A DNA stretch of 57,211 nucleotides from Alphaproteobacteria bacterium. GTDB lineage: Bacteria; Pseudomonadota; Alphaproteobacteria; CAAHEQ01; UBA3637. Shown piece by piece: positions 48,822-57,211 of the stretch. Within the stretch, counting starts at the first letter, position 1, and the number at the start of each line of letters is the position of its first letter. The position numbers and the translations under genes were made by a program. The stretch spans positions 1-57,211 of the forward strand of contig JAZKXP010000068.1 of assembly GCA_045611665.1 (NCBI GenBank). Direction: 5' to 3'. The notes beneath the pieces were generated by a model. It saw nothing but the letters and a program-made list of their open reading frames with translations, was not told the origin of the DNA and made no database searches.

Positions 48822-49114
48822 CTTTTTATGAAAAATACTAACATCGGTTTTGATGAAATCGAGGTTGGCTAAAGTAAAAAACAACCCATTAAAATCAACT
48901 CTTACCCCAGTGTGCCATTTTGGGCAATACACGAGTTTTGCAGGGGTATTCTAAAAAACTCTCTCTAAAAGGCGCTTTTTTATTATAAATTGACTCTATC
49001 AGTAGTAACAAGTCAAAATAAATATTTAAATTATCCCACCTCTATTGATTTTAATTTTTGAGGGGTATACCATATACATATCAATTTATGGATATACAAT
49101 GAAAGGAAAAAATC

Positions 49115-51895
49115 GTGAAATACACAAAAACAACTTTACGGGAATTATCTCATAAATATGCCACCGTCTTAAAAAAATGTGCTTTATTGAATATGGGGAT
49201 TTTATTGGTTTCTACATCAGTGTCCGCTTCAACGTCAATCCCTTCAACACCTTCCGCCATTTCAATAGATGGAACAACTGTCAGCGGAACATATGCCGAC
49301 CAAATAACCAATGATAATGGTCAGTTATCATTAACGGATGAAAACCTCTTAGGTTTTACCGGCGATATTACTGTACAAAAAGCCGATTTAACCATTAAAG
49401 ATAGCGAACTGACTGCAGGCGGAAAACATAACGTTACATTTAAAAATGCCACTGTAGCCATTACAGAGTCTGATTTAGAAACAAATGGTGATATAACAAT
49501 CACAAATGCCAATTTAAAAGTTTCATGCATTGATTGTTACAGTGTGGAAGAAGGGGAAGAAGATTTTTCGCATATGGTAATGGGCGAAAATGTCACCATT
49601 AAAAACAGCAATATTATTTTAGGAGATACCTCAAGATTATCCGAAACACAAAAAGATTATGCCTATTTAGGCGGTAATGCCGATTTTATTATCGGGGATA
49701 ACGAAAAAGACACAATAGATACAACCGTTACCTTAAATGGTCATTCCGTGTTGGCTTATGAAGGCACGATTGCCGACAATGGCAGTGGTAGTGTTCAAAT
49801 TTATAACACCCACCTAACATTAAATAATAATTCCTCTTTGTTATTAGGAACACCACCCGATGATGCAGATGAAACAGAGTCAGAACAAGAAAGTGGTAAT
49901 GCCGGTATCCAAACACTGTCCAGCACTTCAGACGAAACAACGCCAACCGTCAGCGCACCACTTACCATTAAAAATTCAATAATTGATTTAAATGGTGATT
50001 CAAAAGTAGAATTTTTGGTTTCAAATGCCGATAACACAACTATTTCCAAGACAACAATCAATATGAATCAACAAGATGACAGCACCGCTTCCGCTTCAAT
50101 GACATTAAATGATGTTACTATTGAAAACAATTCCGTCATCAATATGGCATCTGGCAGTTCTATTACTGCCAAAAATGTTACATTAGATGGGTCTTCAATC
50201 CACATGAAAGATAATTCTATTTTAAATGTGTATGATGTTATATACAAGGACGGTTTAATCAGTGTTGATGGAGATAACGCAAAAATTATGCTGAATAAAA
50301 AAACAGATGTGGCCGATGGTGAATCTACCGTTAACACTTTAACATTACAGGGTACATTACCTGGCGGCACAACGATTAATACGTCCATCTTATCAGATGA
50401 TGTTGGTAATATTGTTAATTTCTTAGGCAATGTTACTTTTGCCGGCCTGTTTGACCCGGCCACAGCCAATGTTGGTGACGGAACAACAGAAACCGTTTTA
50501 ACGAAAAATGCCTATGATGACGCAATTACATATAATTTAAATGCCAAAGGGACATTAAAATATACAGATGATAAGTATTTATATGATGATACAAAACATA
50601 CCGGCACATATGCCAAAAACTCAGTTGTATTTAAAGGTGGGACTTTGGATTTACGAAATAACACGGCAACGGCTATTAAATTGGCTTCTATGGCATTAGA
50701 ATCCGATTCAAATATCTTTGTTGATGCCGATTTGGCAAATAAAACCATGGATACAGTGTCTGCCGATAATGTTACGGGAAATGCTAAATTAAATGTGGCA
50801 GGTATTAACTTACTGTCTGATGCGACAGAAAACAAAACAACCATTAACTTTGCAGATGATACGTTAAAAGGGCAAGTCGCTTACACAGGTGAACAAGAAT
50901 TAACCGCTTTATCCCCTGTTTATAAATACACAGTTGCCTATGATGACCAAACGGGTGATTTTGAATTCACACGCCAAGGCGGAACAGGACAATCCAGTGC
51001 CGCCTATAACCCGGCCGTTTATTCAACCTCAACCGTTGGACAAAGTATCGGCTTATTGCAATCCGCCATTTCCGGTGTTGCCTTTAACGAAATGGGTGGA
51101 AGCGGTATCGGTCGTTCCGGTGGTGATACCCCGACAATGGCTAATGCTTGGGTAAAAATGGTTGGATTTGATGATAATGTAGATTTTGATTCTTTCCAAA
51201 CGGTTGAGGCTGATACGACTTCGGTTTTAGCCGGTGTCAATACAGCCGTTATCAAAGCCGGTTCCATTGATACTCAATATGGTTTATATGCCGGATACTT
51301 GAATGGGAAACAAGAATACGAAGGCAATGAAATTGATCAAGATGGTGGCTACATCGGTTTGACATCCTCAGTACAAAAAGGAAATCTCTTTGCTCAAGGA
51401 ACCTTAAACGGCGGTTTTGTTCATAATAAAGCATCTCATTCTTTCGGTGCCGATAAGTACAACTCTTTCTTCAGTGGTGTTGGGTTAAAAACGGGATATA
51501 ACTGGACAATCGGAGGCGCTCAAATTACTCCCAGCATTTATGGTGGGTATACCTTTGTTCGCACGGAAGATTACACATCTAAATCCGGTGCCAAAATTGA
51601 AAATGACCATTTGAAAGTTTGGGAATTAACACCTGCATTAAAAGTCAGCAAAGACTTTAATGATGGTTGGAATGGATTTGCCCAAGTCAAATACACCTTT
51701 GTTGGAGACAACAAAGCCGATGTTTCGGCCAACGATATCGTTTTACCGAATATCAGCTTAAAAGACTATGTTGAATACGGTATCGGCGCCTCCAGAGGGT
51801 TATCAGACGATTGGACAGCTTCCTTTACTTTGAACCGTCGTGATGGCGGTCGCCAAGGTTGGAACGGATCGGTCAGTTTAGAATATAATTTCTAA
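49115..51895 (+). CDS. Autotransporter (type Va): acidic beta-helix passenger and C-terminal beta-barrel
   Basis: Long leader, Thr/Asn/Asp-rich passenger, GRSGGD linker, amphipathic strands ending in YNF. Confidence 0.85.
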   Translation: MKYTKTTLRELSHKYATVLKKCALLNMGILLVSTSVSASTSIPSTPSAISIDGTTVSGTYADQITNDNGQLSLTDENLLGFTGDITVQKADLTIKDSELTAGGKHNVTFKNATVAITESDLETNGDITITNANLKVSCIDCYSVEEGEEDFSHMVMGENVTIKNSNIILGDTSRLSETQKDYAYLGGNADFIIGDNEKDTIDTTVTLNGHSVLAYEGTIADNGSGSVQIYNTHLTLNNNSSLLLGTPPDDADETESEQESGNAGIQTLSSTSDETTPTVSAPLTIKNSIIDLNGDSKVEFLVSNADNTTISKTTINMNQQDDSTASASMTLNDVTIENNSVINMASGSSITAKNVTLDGSSIHMKDNSILNVYDVIYKDGLISVDGDNAKIMLNKKTDVADGESTVNTLTLQGTLPGGTTINTSILSDDVGNIVNFLGNVTFAGLFDPATANVGDGTTETVLTKNAYDDAITYNLNAKGTLKYTDDKYLYDDTKHTGTYAKNSVVFKGGTLDLRNNTATAIKLASMALESDSNIFVDADLANKTMDTVSADNVTGNAKLNVAGINLLSDATENKTTINFADDTLKGQVAYTGEQELTALSPVYKYTVAYDDQTGDFEFTRQGGTGQSSAAYNPAVYSTSTVGQSIGLLQSAISGVAFNEMGGSGIGRSGGDTPTMANAWVKMVGFDDNVDFDSFQTVEADTTSVLAGVNTAVIKAGSIDTQYGLYAGYLNGKQEYEGNEIDQDGGYIGLTSSVQKGNLFAQGTLNGGFVHNKASHSFGADKYNSFFSGVGLKTGYNWTIGGAQITPSIYGGYTFVRTEDYTSKSGAKIENDHLKVWELTPALKVSKDFNDGWNGFAQVKYTFVGDNKADVSANDIVLPNISLKDYVEYGIGASRGLSDDWTASFTLNRRDGGRQGWNGSVSLEYNF

Positions 51896-51909
51896 ATTCT
51901 GATATATCT

Positions 51910-51951
51910 TATTCCCTTCTTGATTTGCGTCAAGAAGGGAATATTTTTTTT
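51910..51951 (+). terminator. Intrinsic terminator
   Basis: TATTCCCTTCTTGA-tttgcg-TCAAGAAGGGAATA followed by a T-run. Confidence 0.85.
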
Positions 51952-52047
51952 GCGTAGTGGCTGGAGAAGTCTGGTAATACACGGAATGATTTTAATATTG
52001 AAACCATTTAAAAATAATGCTAAAGTTTAACACAAAGGAGTTTAAAA

Positions 52048-52476
52048 ATGGCATATGAAGTAAAAAAAGTTTCTGTTGTTTGTGTTATTGAAAAAGATGG
52101 AAAGTATCTTTTTTTAAAAAGAAGCAACACGGGAAAAGGTGATGGTTTTTATATGTTGCCAGGAGGACATGTGGAAGCAGGGGAATCTGTTTTGCATGCT
52201 GCAGTTAGAGAGTTAAAAGAAGAATTGGGAATTGATGTAAAAGAATCTGATTTAGAGTTTAAGCTTGTTGAACCAATTAAAACATATATCACATTTTTCT
52301 TTCGTGTTAAAAAATTTGATGGGATACTTCAAAATATGGAACCAGAAAAACATGGAGAAATGGTTTATTTGCCTATAGATGCGAAAGACATTCATCCTTT
52401 TTCCAAGCGGGAGTTAGAGTTAATAAAAAATGGTGTTTCTTTTTTGCCAAATGATGATGTGGATTTATCATCTTAA
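52048..52476 (+). CDS. Nudix hydrolase
   Basis: Nudix box PGGHVEAGESVLHAAVRELKEELGI. Confidence 0.95.
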   Translation: MAYEVKKVSVVCVIEKDGKYLFLKRSNTGKGDGFYMLPGGHVEAGESVLHAAVRELKEELGIDVKESDLEFKLVEPIKTYITFFFRVKKFDGILQNMEPEKHGEMVYLPIDAKDIHPFSKRELELIKNGVSFLPNDDVDLSS

Positions 52477-52547
52477 ATGCATTATGCTTGCTTATTAAAG
52501 GAATAACATATTCTGTTTGTTACTCAAATTCCCTTAGTTTAGTCAAC

Positions 52548-52571
52548 AAAAAAACCTCCATAAGGGAGGTT
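52548..52571. terminator. Hairpin terminator
   Basis: AACCTCC-ataag-GGAGGTT flanked by A/T runs. Confidence 0.6.
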
Positions 52572-52606
52572 CTTTTATTGGCTGGAGAAGTTTGGTAATA
52601 CACGGA

Positions 52607-53644
52607 CTAATCTTCATTCTCCATAGATATTTTTTCCACATTTGTCATGCTTATTTCATTTAGCAATAAAATAATGTTTAAAAGCTCCGCCATATTTTCA
52701 TAAAATTTCAGAAATAACCGTTCATCCAGAAAAGAATATTCTATCTTCAAAAATTGAAAAAATTTTACATCAGTATGCATAGCAAGCAACACCTTATTTT
52801 CAAAAAAAGAAACATCAATTCTAGGAGTATTAAATTGTTTTTTTAATCTATTAAGGAACATTAACAAACAAATTAAATTTTCTTTATCCTCTAAATCCGG
52901 TTGCGTTGAAAAAATTTTAAAATAATGATTAAAAGAATCATCCTCTAAACTCAGTTGATAAAAATCACCTTCCAATATTTGGGGTGCCTCCATATTACAA
53001 ATGCTAGAGTTTTGAAGCATATGATAAAACATATTTTGTTGATTTAAAATAAGAGTATGTTTTTCAAAACTTTTATTTAACTCACAGTAAATAAATATTC
53101 CTTTAAAATGGCATTGATAACAATATCGATATTTGCGCAAGCATTGCGGAGTTATAGAACTCCATCTAGGTCCCATCTTATTAATAATAACACTTTCTTG
53201 CACCAAACAATTCATCGCTTCATGTTTAAAACAAAAACCAAAAGGGGTTCTAACATGATCAGCATATCGAAATAATCCACTTTTTAATATTATATCCTTT
53301 GTAATAAATGAATTAGTTACCACGCCTTCTTTAAAAAAATTAAAAATAAGTGGAATAATTTCAAAGTGAACCCTTTTAAGAAATAAATTGACTTTAAAGC
53401 GATAGATTACATAAGGAATAACGCCCAAAAAAACAGCGAAAAATAAAAAAATGCCATTATCATAAACAGCTATAAGCTTAAAAGATAACAGTGTTAATAT
53501 GAATGTTAACAAAAAACAGATTTTTTTTATTTTCTTACCTAAAGAAATATACAGTTTTCTTTGAGTTTCCAAAGGCTCAAAAATGGAAAATTTTGATTTT
53601 ATAAAAGACAAAAAACGCTCGTTTTTTTCAAAATTATTTTGCAT
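52607..53644 (-). CDS. DUF3137-like membrane protein
   Basis: Two N-terminal TMs; FKGIF...NKSF..HTLI and LED..FN.YF.IFS motifs; very AT-rich. Confidence 0.6.
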   Translation of the reverse strand: MQNNFEKNERFLSFIKSKFSIFEPLETQRKLYISLGKKIKKICFLLTFILTLLSFKLIAVYDNGIFLFFAVFLGVIPYVIYRFKVNLFLKRVHFEIIPLIFNFFKEGVVTNSFITKDIILKSGLFRYADHVRTPFGFCFKHEAMNCLVQESVIINKMGPRWSSITPQCLRKYRYCYQCHFKGIFIYCELNKSFEKHTLILNQQNMFYHMLQNSSICNMEAPQILEGDFYQLSLEDDSFNHYFKIFSTQPDLEDKENLICLLMFLNRLKKQFNTPRIDVSFFENKVLLAMHTDVKFFQFLKIEYSFLDERLFLKFYENMAELLNIILLLNEISMTNVEKISMENED

Positions 53645-54036
53645 TAAATATTATCTCCAAATTTCATATTTTTATACATACAATTATAATGCTTTGAAAA
53701 AATAAAATCAAATAAAATTGTAGTTTTTTCAAAAAGATGTATTTCATAACATCAATATCACCTAATTAAAAGTTTGAAGTATTTCTTTTTGTGTTTTAAA
53801 AATGCTAACCTTGATTTTCAAAAAATCGAAGTCAGAACTTCATTAGGAAACATCAATATTAGTTAATCGCAAAGAGGATTTATATAATGAACCTTAATAT
53901 ACGTTTAAGTAAAAATTAAAATTTGATCAAATACAAATTCCCTCCTTGAGGACAAGTTTAAATAGTTCTTTAAATTTTTTGAAAGGAGGGAGTTTAAACA
54001 TAAATTTGAATAAGTCATTACCATTTGATGAAAACA

Positions 54037-54513
54037 TTATGATATTCTATCGCTATTTAAAAAATCACCAATAGAATCATCCATAAATTCATAAAACAAT
54101 TTTTGTTGATTATAATAATCCGAATGATATACAGATTCTAAACGGCATAAAATGGATTTTCTAGTTCGGGATAAAATTAATAACGTTCCCAAATCATTTG
54201 AGCAATGATATTCCACATTCATGCGATAAAAATCAATTAGTTTTTTAATATTTTTTCGAGAAAAGCCTTTCTTTTTTTGGGGAGCATAAATAACCATAAC
54301 CTTATTCTTGTCATTAAAAACATTAATCACCCCAACAAAAAAATCTTTTTCTTTACAATAAAAAACCTTATTTCTTTTTGACAATGGTTCACAAAATATT
54401 TGAAACCGACGAAAAAAAAGATTATTCATTTTAAAAAAATGAGCAGGTTTCAACGGCATGCATCTGCTTGTTATTATATCGCCTAATTTAAAAGGCAAAC
54501 AAAACGTAATCAA
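54037..54513 (-). CDS. Hypothetical protein
   Basis: ORF only; AT-rich; start uncertain. Confidence 0.4.
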   Translation of the reverse strand: MITFCLPFKLGDIITSRCMPLKPAHFFKMNNLFFRRFQIFCEPLSKRNKVFYCKEKDFFVGVINVFNDKNKVMVIYAPQKKKGFSRKNIKKLIDFYRMNVEYHCSNDLGTLLILSRTRKSILCRLESVYHSDYYNQQKLFYEFMDDSIGDFLNSDRIS

Positions 54514-54643
54514 GATAAAAAGACAATTGCTTTTACAAAAGTGTTAAAGGGAAGGAATACTAATGCAATTATTGTCAACAAACCATAAAGCTGATTTAAA
54601 TCTTTTTTTCGTTTAAATTTTTTTTCTGATATCATTGGCATTT

Positions 54644-57211
54644 TTAGCTCCATTTATTAGACGATAATGTTTTTTGACGTGCCTCATTTGAAAAGGCATA
54701 CTTCCTTGTTTTTAGAAGGAGTTGACGCCCCTGTTCCGATCTGGTATATATTAATTGACACTTACCTATTTTTTGTTCCCATTTCTTTTTAAAATAAAGA
54801 ACATATCTTTTTTGAACGGCAATAATACTTGGAATTGTGTGATAATCTTTTTGCGAAAAGTAAGGTATAGATAATCCCTTACGCACTAAAATATATCTAG
54901 GGTTTTCAATCGGATTCAAAAATTCCTGAAGGGATTTTAATAACAAGTTTAATTCAGCCGGCAATAATCCTTCAACAGAGCAAAAAACCTGACCGTTCAG
55001 TTGTTTTTTTACCAAAACAGCTGTATTATCCAACGGTGTTTGAATATCCCCCATCCAATACAATGTTTCCATAATGATTTGAATAACGGATTTTAACGAA
55101 CCGACAACCGAACCGTTTCGGATAAATTTAAATAAAGACCTGCCCATAAAATACAACATAAAAGCACCCGTTAATGGCATAGAATACATCGGGTTAACAC
55201 GATTTAAGATTGAATAAAGTTCAAAACTGATACCGGCATAAAAAGCCATTAAAAATGTAAAACTGCCCTTATAAACAAAAGTTCTTGTATAATTGGGGGG
55301 TGTGTCCATACCGACACGCATGCGACCTCCATTACCACCCAAATAAAGCGATTTTTGCCATGCTTCTTTAATGACATTCCGATTACCTGATAAGGCCAAT
55401 GTGTTTTGATTTATCGAATCAATGTTTTTTTCATCAATCAAATCCAAATTCAATCGTGCTAAACCGTTTTGAATTTGATAAGGCTCTTGAACGGTAGGGG
55501 CCTCATATCCCTGAAAGCGCCTTTCAATTTGTCTTAAATCATATCCATAATCGTTTTTAATATTTGAAAAGTTGCCTTGATTAAAGATATTTAAATCCCA
55601 TAGATTTAACTTTTTAAATGAAACCAAGTGCCAAATATTGGATATTTTATCAGGATTATTTTTATCTTTTCTGATAGCACGTCCCCGCATTTGATTAGAA
55701 GACACATATGAGGCAATCGTGCTGGACAAAATCAACGAATTAATTGAAGGGGCATCCCAACCTTCACCCAGCAAAGCCTGTGTTCCAATAACAATGTTAA
55801 AAACACCTTGATTAAACAAATCCGTGATAATTTTAACAATTTTTGATTTGCCGGAAACGGAAAAACTAACCTTCAAATAATCCGCATTATGTTTAAACGC
55901 GCTAAATTTTAAATCATTAATGTGCAATTTTTCCCGTTGCATTTGTTTTAAAACATCCTGTTTTTTATCTTTAGGAATCACAATCAATGTACCGGTTAAA
56001 ATAGCCATCGGAATTTTGGAAAATTTTTGGGATAGTTTTAAAAAGATTGGTACAACTCCTAAAGAATTTGCAATTTCGGCTGACATTTCTTCACGAATAT
56101 AATCGGCCAAAACAACCATACGTAAATCTGTTTTTAGGCTATTGTATTCACTGTTTGTAATATCTACAATAGAGTCCAATTTACCCACCGAAGAAGCAAC
56201 TTCTTTTTGTAAGGTTGGATTAGAAGAAATACAAACTTTTTTCCTAAAAATAATACTGGATTTATGGGCTTTTGTTTCCAATTCTTTAATATCTTTTTCC
56301 AACGGGGCCCAAAACGAACGATAAGCATAAAACAACCCGTTTAAAAATGTTTCTGCCCAACCTTCATCAAAGGCAGGTAAATCTTTTTCAGACATATCAA
56401 ATAGTTTTAAGAATGGTTTCGGAACAATTTTGTTCGTTGCGTGTAAGTAGGCAGCAATACTAATAAAGAAATCAGGATTATCGTATATTTGTTCTATATA
56501 TTTTTTGGGGTTATCAAAAATATCCAACCCCAAGAAATGGTCCCCGATTATAGTCTCATTCATCAAATAATCCATGAATGAATGAACCTTATCTTCAAAT
56601 TCTTGAATTTTTTGGCTTTCGTTTTGCCGTAAGTTTGAAAAATAAATAAAATCCTGATGTGGACACAAATCACCGTTTTTAACAAGTTCCGGTATAGAAA
56701 TTAAATCATCAATCGGACCGCATAACTGCTCATACCTTTTCCATTCGTTATAGGTGACATCATAGGGCGGTGTTGCCGTTAAAGACAAGGTTTGTTTTGG
56801 TGATAATTTTTCCATCAAGACATCCAAGGCTTTCCACCACTCATTACGTAAATGATGCGCTTCATCAAAGCAAAGTAATGATACCTTTTGTTTTTTTAAT
56901 TTTTTGACAATCTCATCCGCAAGCGAATTAACAATTTTTCCGGATGAAGTTATATATTCTTCGTCGGGTAATTCTTTTTTATTTGAAAAAACAGACCATA
57001 AAGACTGATATGTTGTAATTGTAATTTGTTTCGGATTTTTTATGTCCAGCGAGATTATATCACGTTCCGTATTATCCATAAAGGATTCAATAATTCGTTC
57101 TTTCCATTGGTTACGAATAGTTAAAGTTGGGGCAAAAATCAAAACAGGTTTCTTCAAACGGACAATCACTTCAATCCCCAAGATTGTTTTACCGGCACCG
57201 GGGGCGGCTAC
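54644..57211 (-). CDS. Superfamily-2 (ResIII-like DEAH) helicase with C-terminal membrane segments; 5'-truncated by window edge
   Basis: The frame continues to 57211 with Walker A VAAPGAGKT; DEAHH, LTATP, LGEGWD and QMRGRAIR motifs. Confidence 0.88.
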   Translation of the reverse strand, partial: VAAPGAGKTILGIEVIVRLKKPVLIFAPTLTIRNQWKERIIESFMDNTERDIISLDIKNPKQITITTYQSLWSVFSNKKELPDEEYITSSGKIVNSLADEIVKKLKKQKVSLLCFDEAHHLRNEWWKALDVLMEKLSPKQTLSLTATPPYDVTYNEWKRYEQLCGPIDDLISIPELVKNGDLCPHQDFIYFSNLRQNESQKIQEFEDKVHSFMDYLMNETIIGDHFLGLDIFDNPKKYIEQIYDNPDFFISIAAYLHATNKIVPKPFLKLFDMSEKDLPAFDEGWAETFLNGLFYAYRSFWAPLEKDIKELETKAHKSSIIFRKKVCISSNPTLQKEVASSVGKLDSIVDITNSEYNSLKTDLRMVVLADYIREEMSAEIANSLGVVPIFLKLSQKFSKIPMAILTGTLIVIPKDKKQDVLKQMQREKLHINDLKFSAFKHNADYLKVSFSVSGKSKIVKIITDLFNQGVFNIVIGTQALLGEGWDAPSINSLILSSTIASYVSSNQMRGRAIRKDKNNPDKISNIWHLVSFKKLNLWDLNIFNQGNFSNIKNDYGYDLRQIERRFQGYEAPTVQEPYQIQNGLARLNLDLIDEKNIDSINQNTLALSGNRNVIKEAWQKSLYLGGNGGRMRVGMDTPPNYTRTFVYKGSFTFLMAFYAGISFELYSILNRVNPMYSMPLTGAFMLYFMGRSLFKFIRNGSVVGSLKSVIQIIMETLYWMGDIQTPLDNTAVLVKKQLNGQVFCSVEGLLPAELNLLLKSLQEFLNPIENPRYILVRKGLSIPYFSQKDYHTIPSIIAVQKRYVLYFKKKWEQKIGKCQLIYTRSEQGRQLLLKTRKYAFSNEARQKTLSSNKWS

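Larger units (their letters stand above)
51958..52606. repeat. 28-bp direct repeats (27/28 identical) bracketing the Nudix gene; att-like
   Basis: TGGCTGGAGAAGT(C/T)TGGTAATACACGGA at 51958-51985 and 52579-52606; on the minus strand each ends in CTTCTCCAGCCA, like a tRNA 3' end. Confidence 0.85.

Noticed and set aside
51958-54036. Integron cassette array
   Set aside because: The repeats are not palindromic, lack attC RYYYAAC/GTTRRRY boxes, and no integron integrase is present.

Overview
A 57-kb chromosomal segment of a low-GC alphaproteobacterium. The taxon is inferred from grpE/rph/rdgB and amiC/rne synteny, a DivL-like PAS protein and the MFS-fused aas gene; GRSMIE-type pilin-like proteins suggest an uncultured gut lineage such as RF32. 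Core genes are grpE, rph, rdgB, amiC, rne, comM, aas, gpsA, an RND pump, cvrA and tRNA-Thr(CGU), -Glu(CUC) and -Ser(GCU). They are interleaved with many disulfide-rich surface proteins. Main observations: (1) The partial Cys-rich gene at the left edge ends in a C-type-lectin-like domain whose last 29 codons switch abruptly to NNC-rich, GC3-high usage and are followed by a hairpin. This is the signature of a diversity-generating-retroelement variable region, but no template repeat or reverse transcriptase is in the window. (2) A locus at 32.4-43.5 kb joins a pilin-like protein with 13 unusual 4-Cys repeats (hypervariable loop plus a constant acidic YYDSDEEAIAAMC motif), a co-transcribed GT41 glycosyltransferase, a divergent Mpi-family DNA invertase with Mpi-core-like inverted repeats, and a sulfate uptake/activation/arylsulfotransferase cluster. 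It is a candidate phase-variable system for glycosylating and sulfating a surface appendage. (3) Every tRNA has a downstream duplication of its 3' end: two tRNA-like degenerate copies and one integrase-less islet; a further att-like 28-bp repeat brackets a Nudix cassette. No CRISPR array, rRNA, transposase or integrase was seen. All family assignments are by-eye motif recognition, not database searches.
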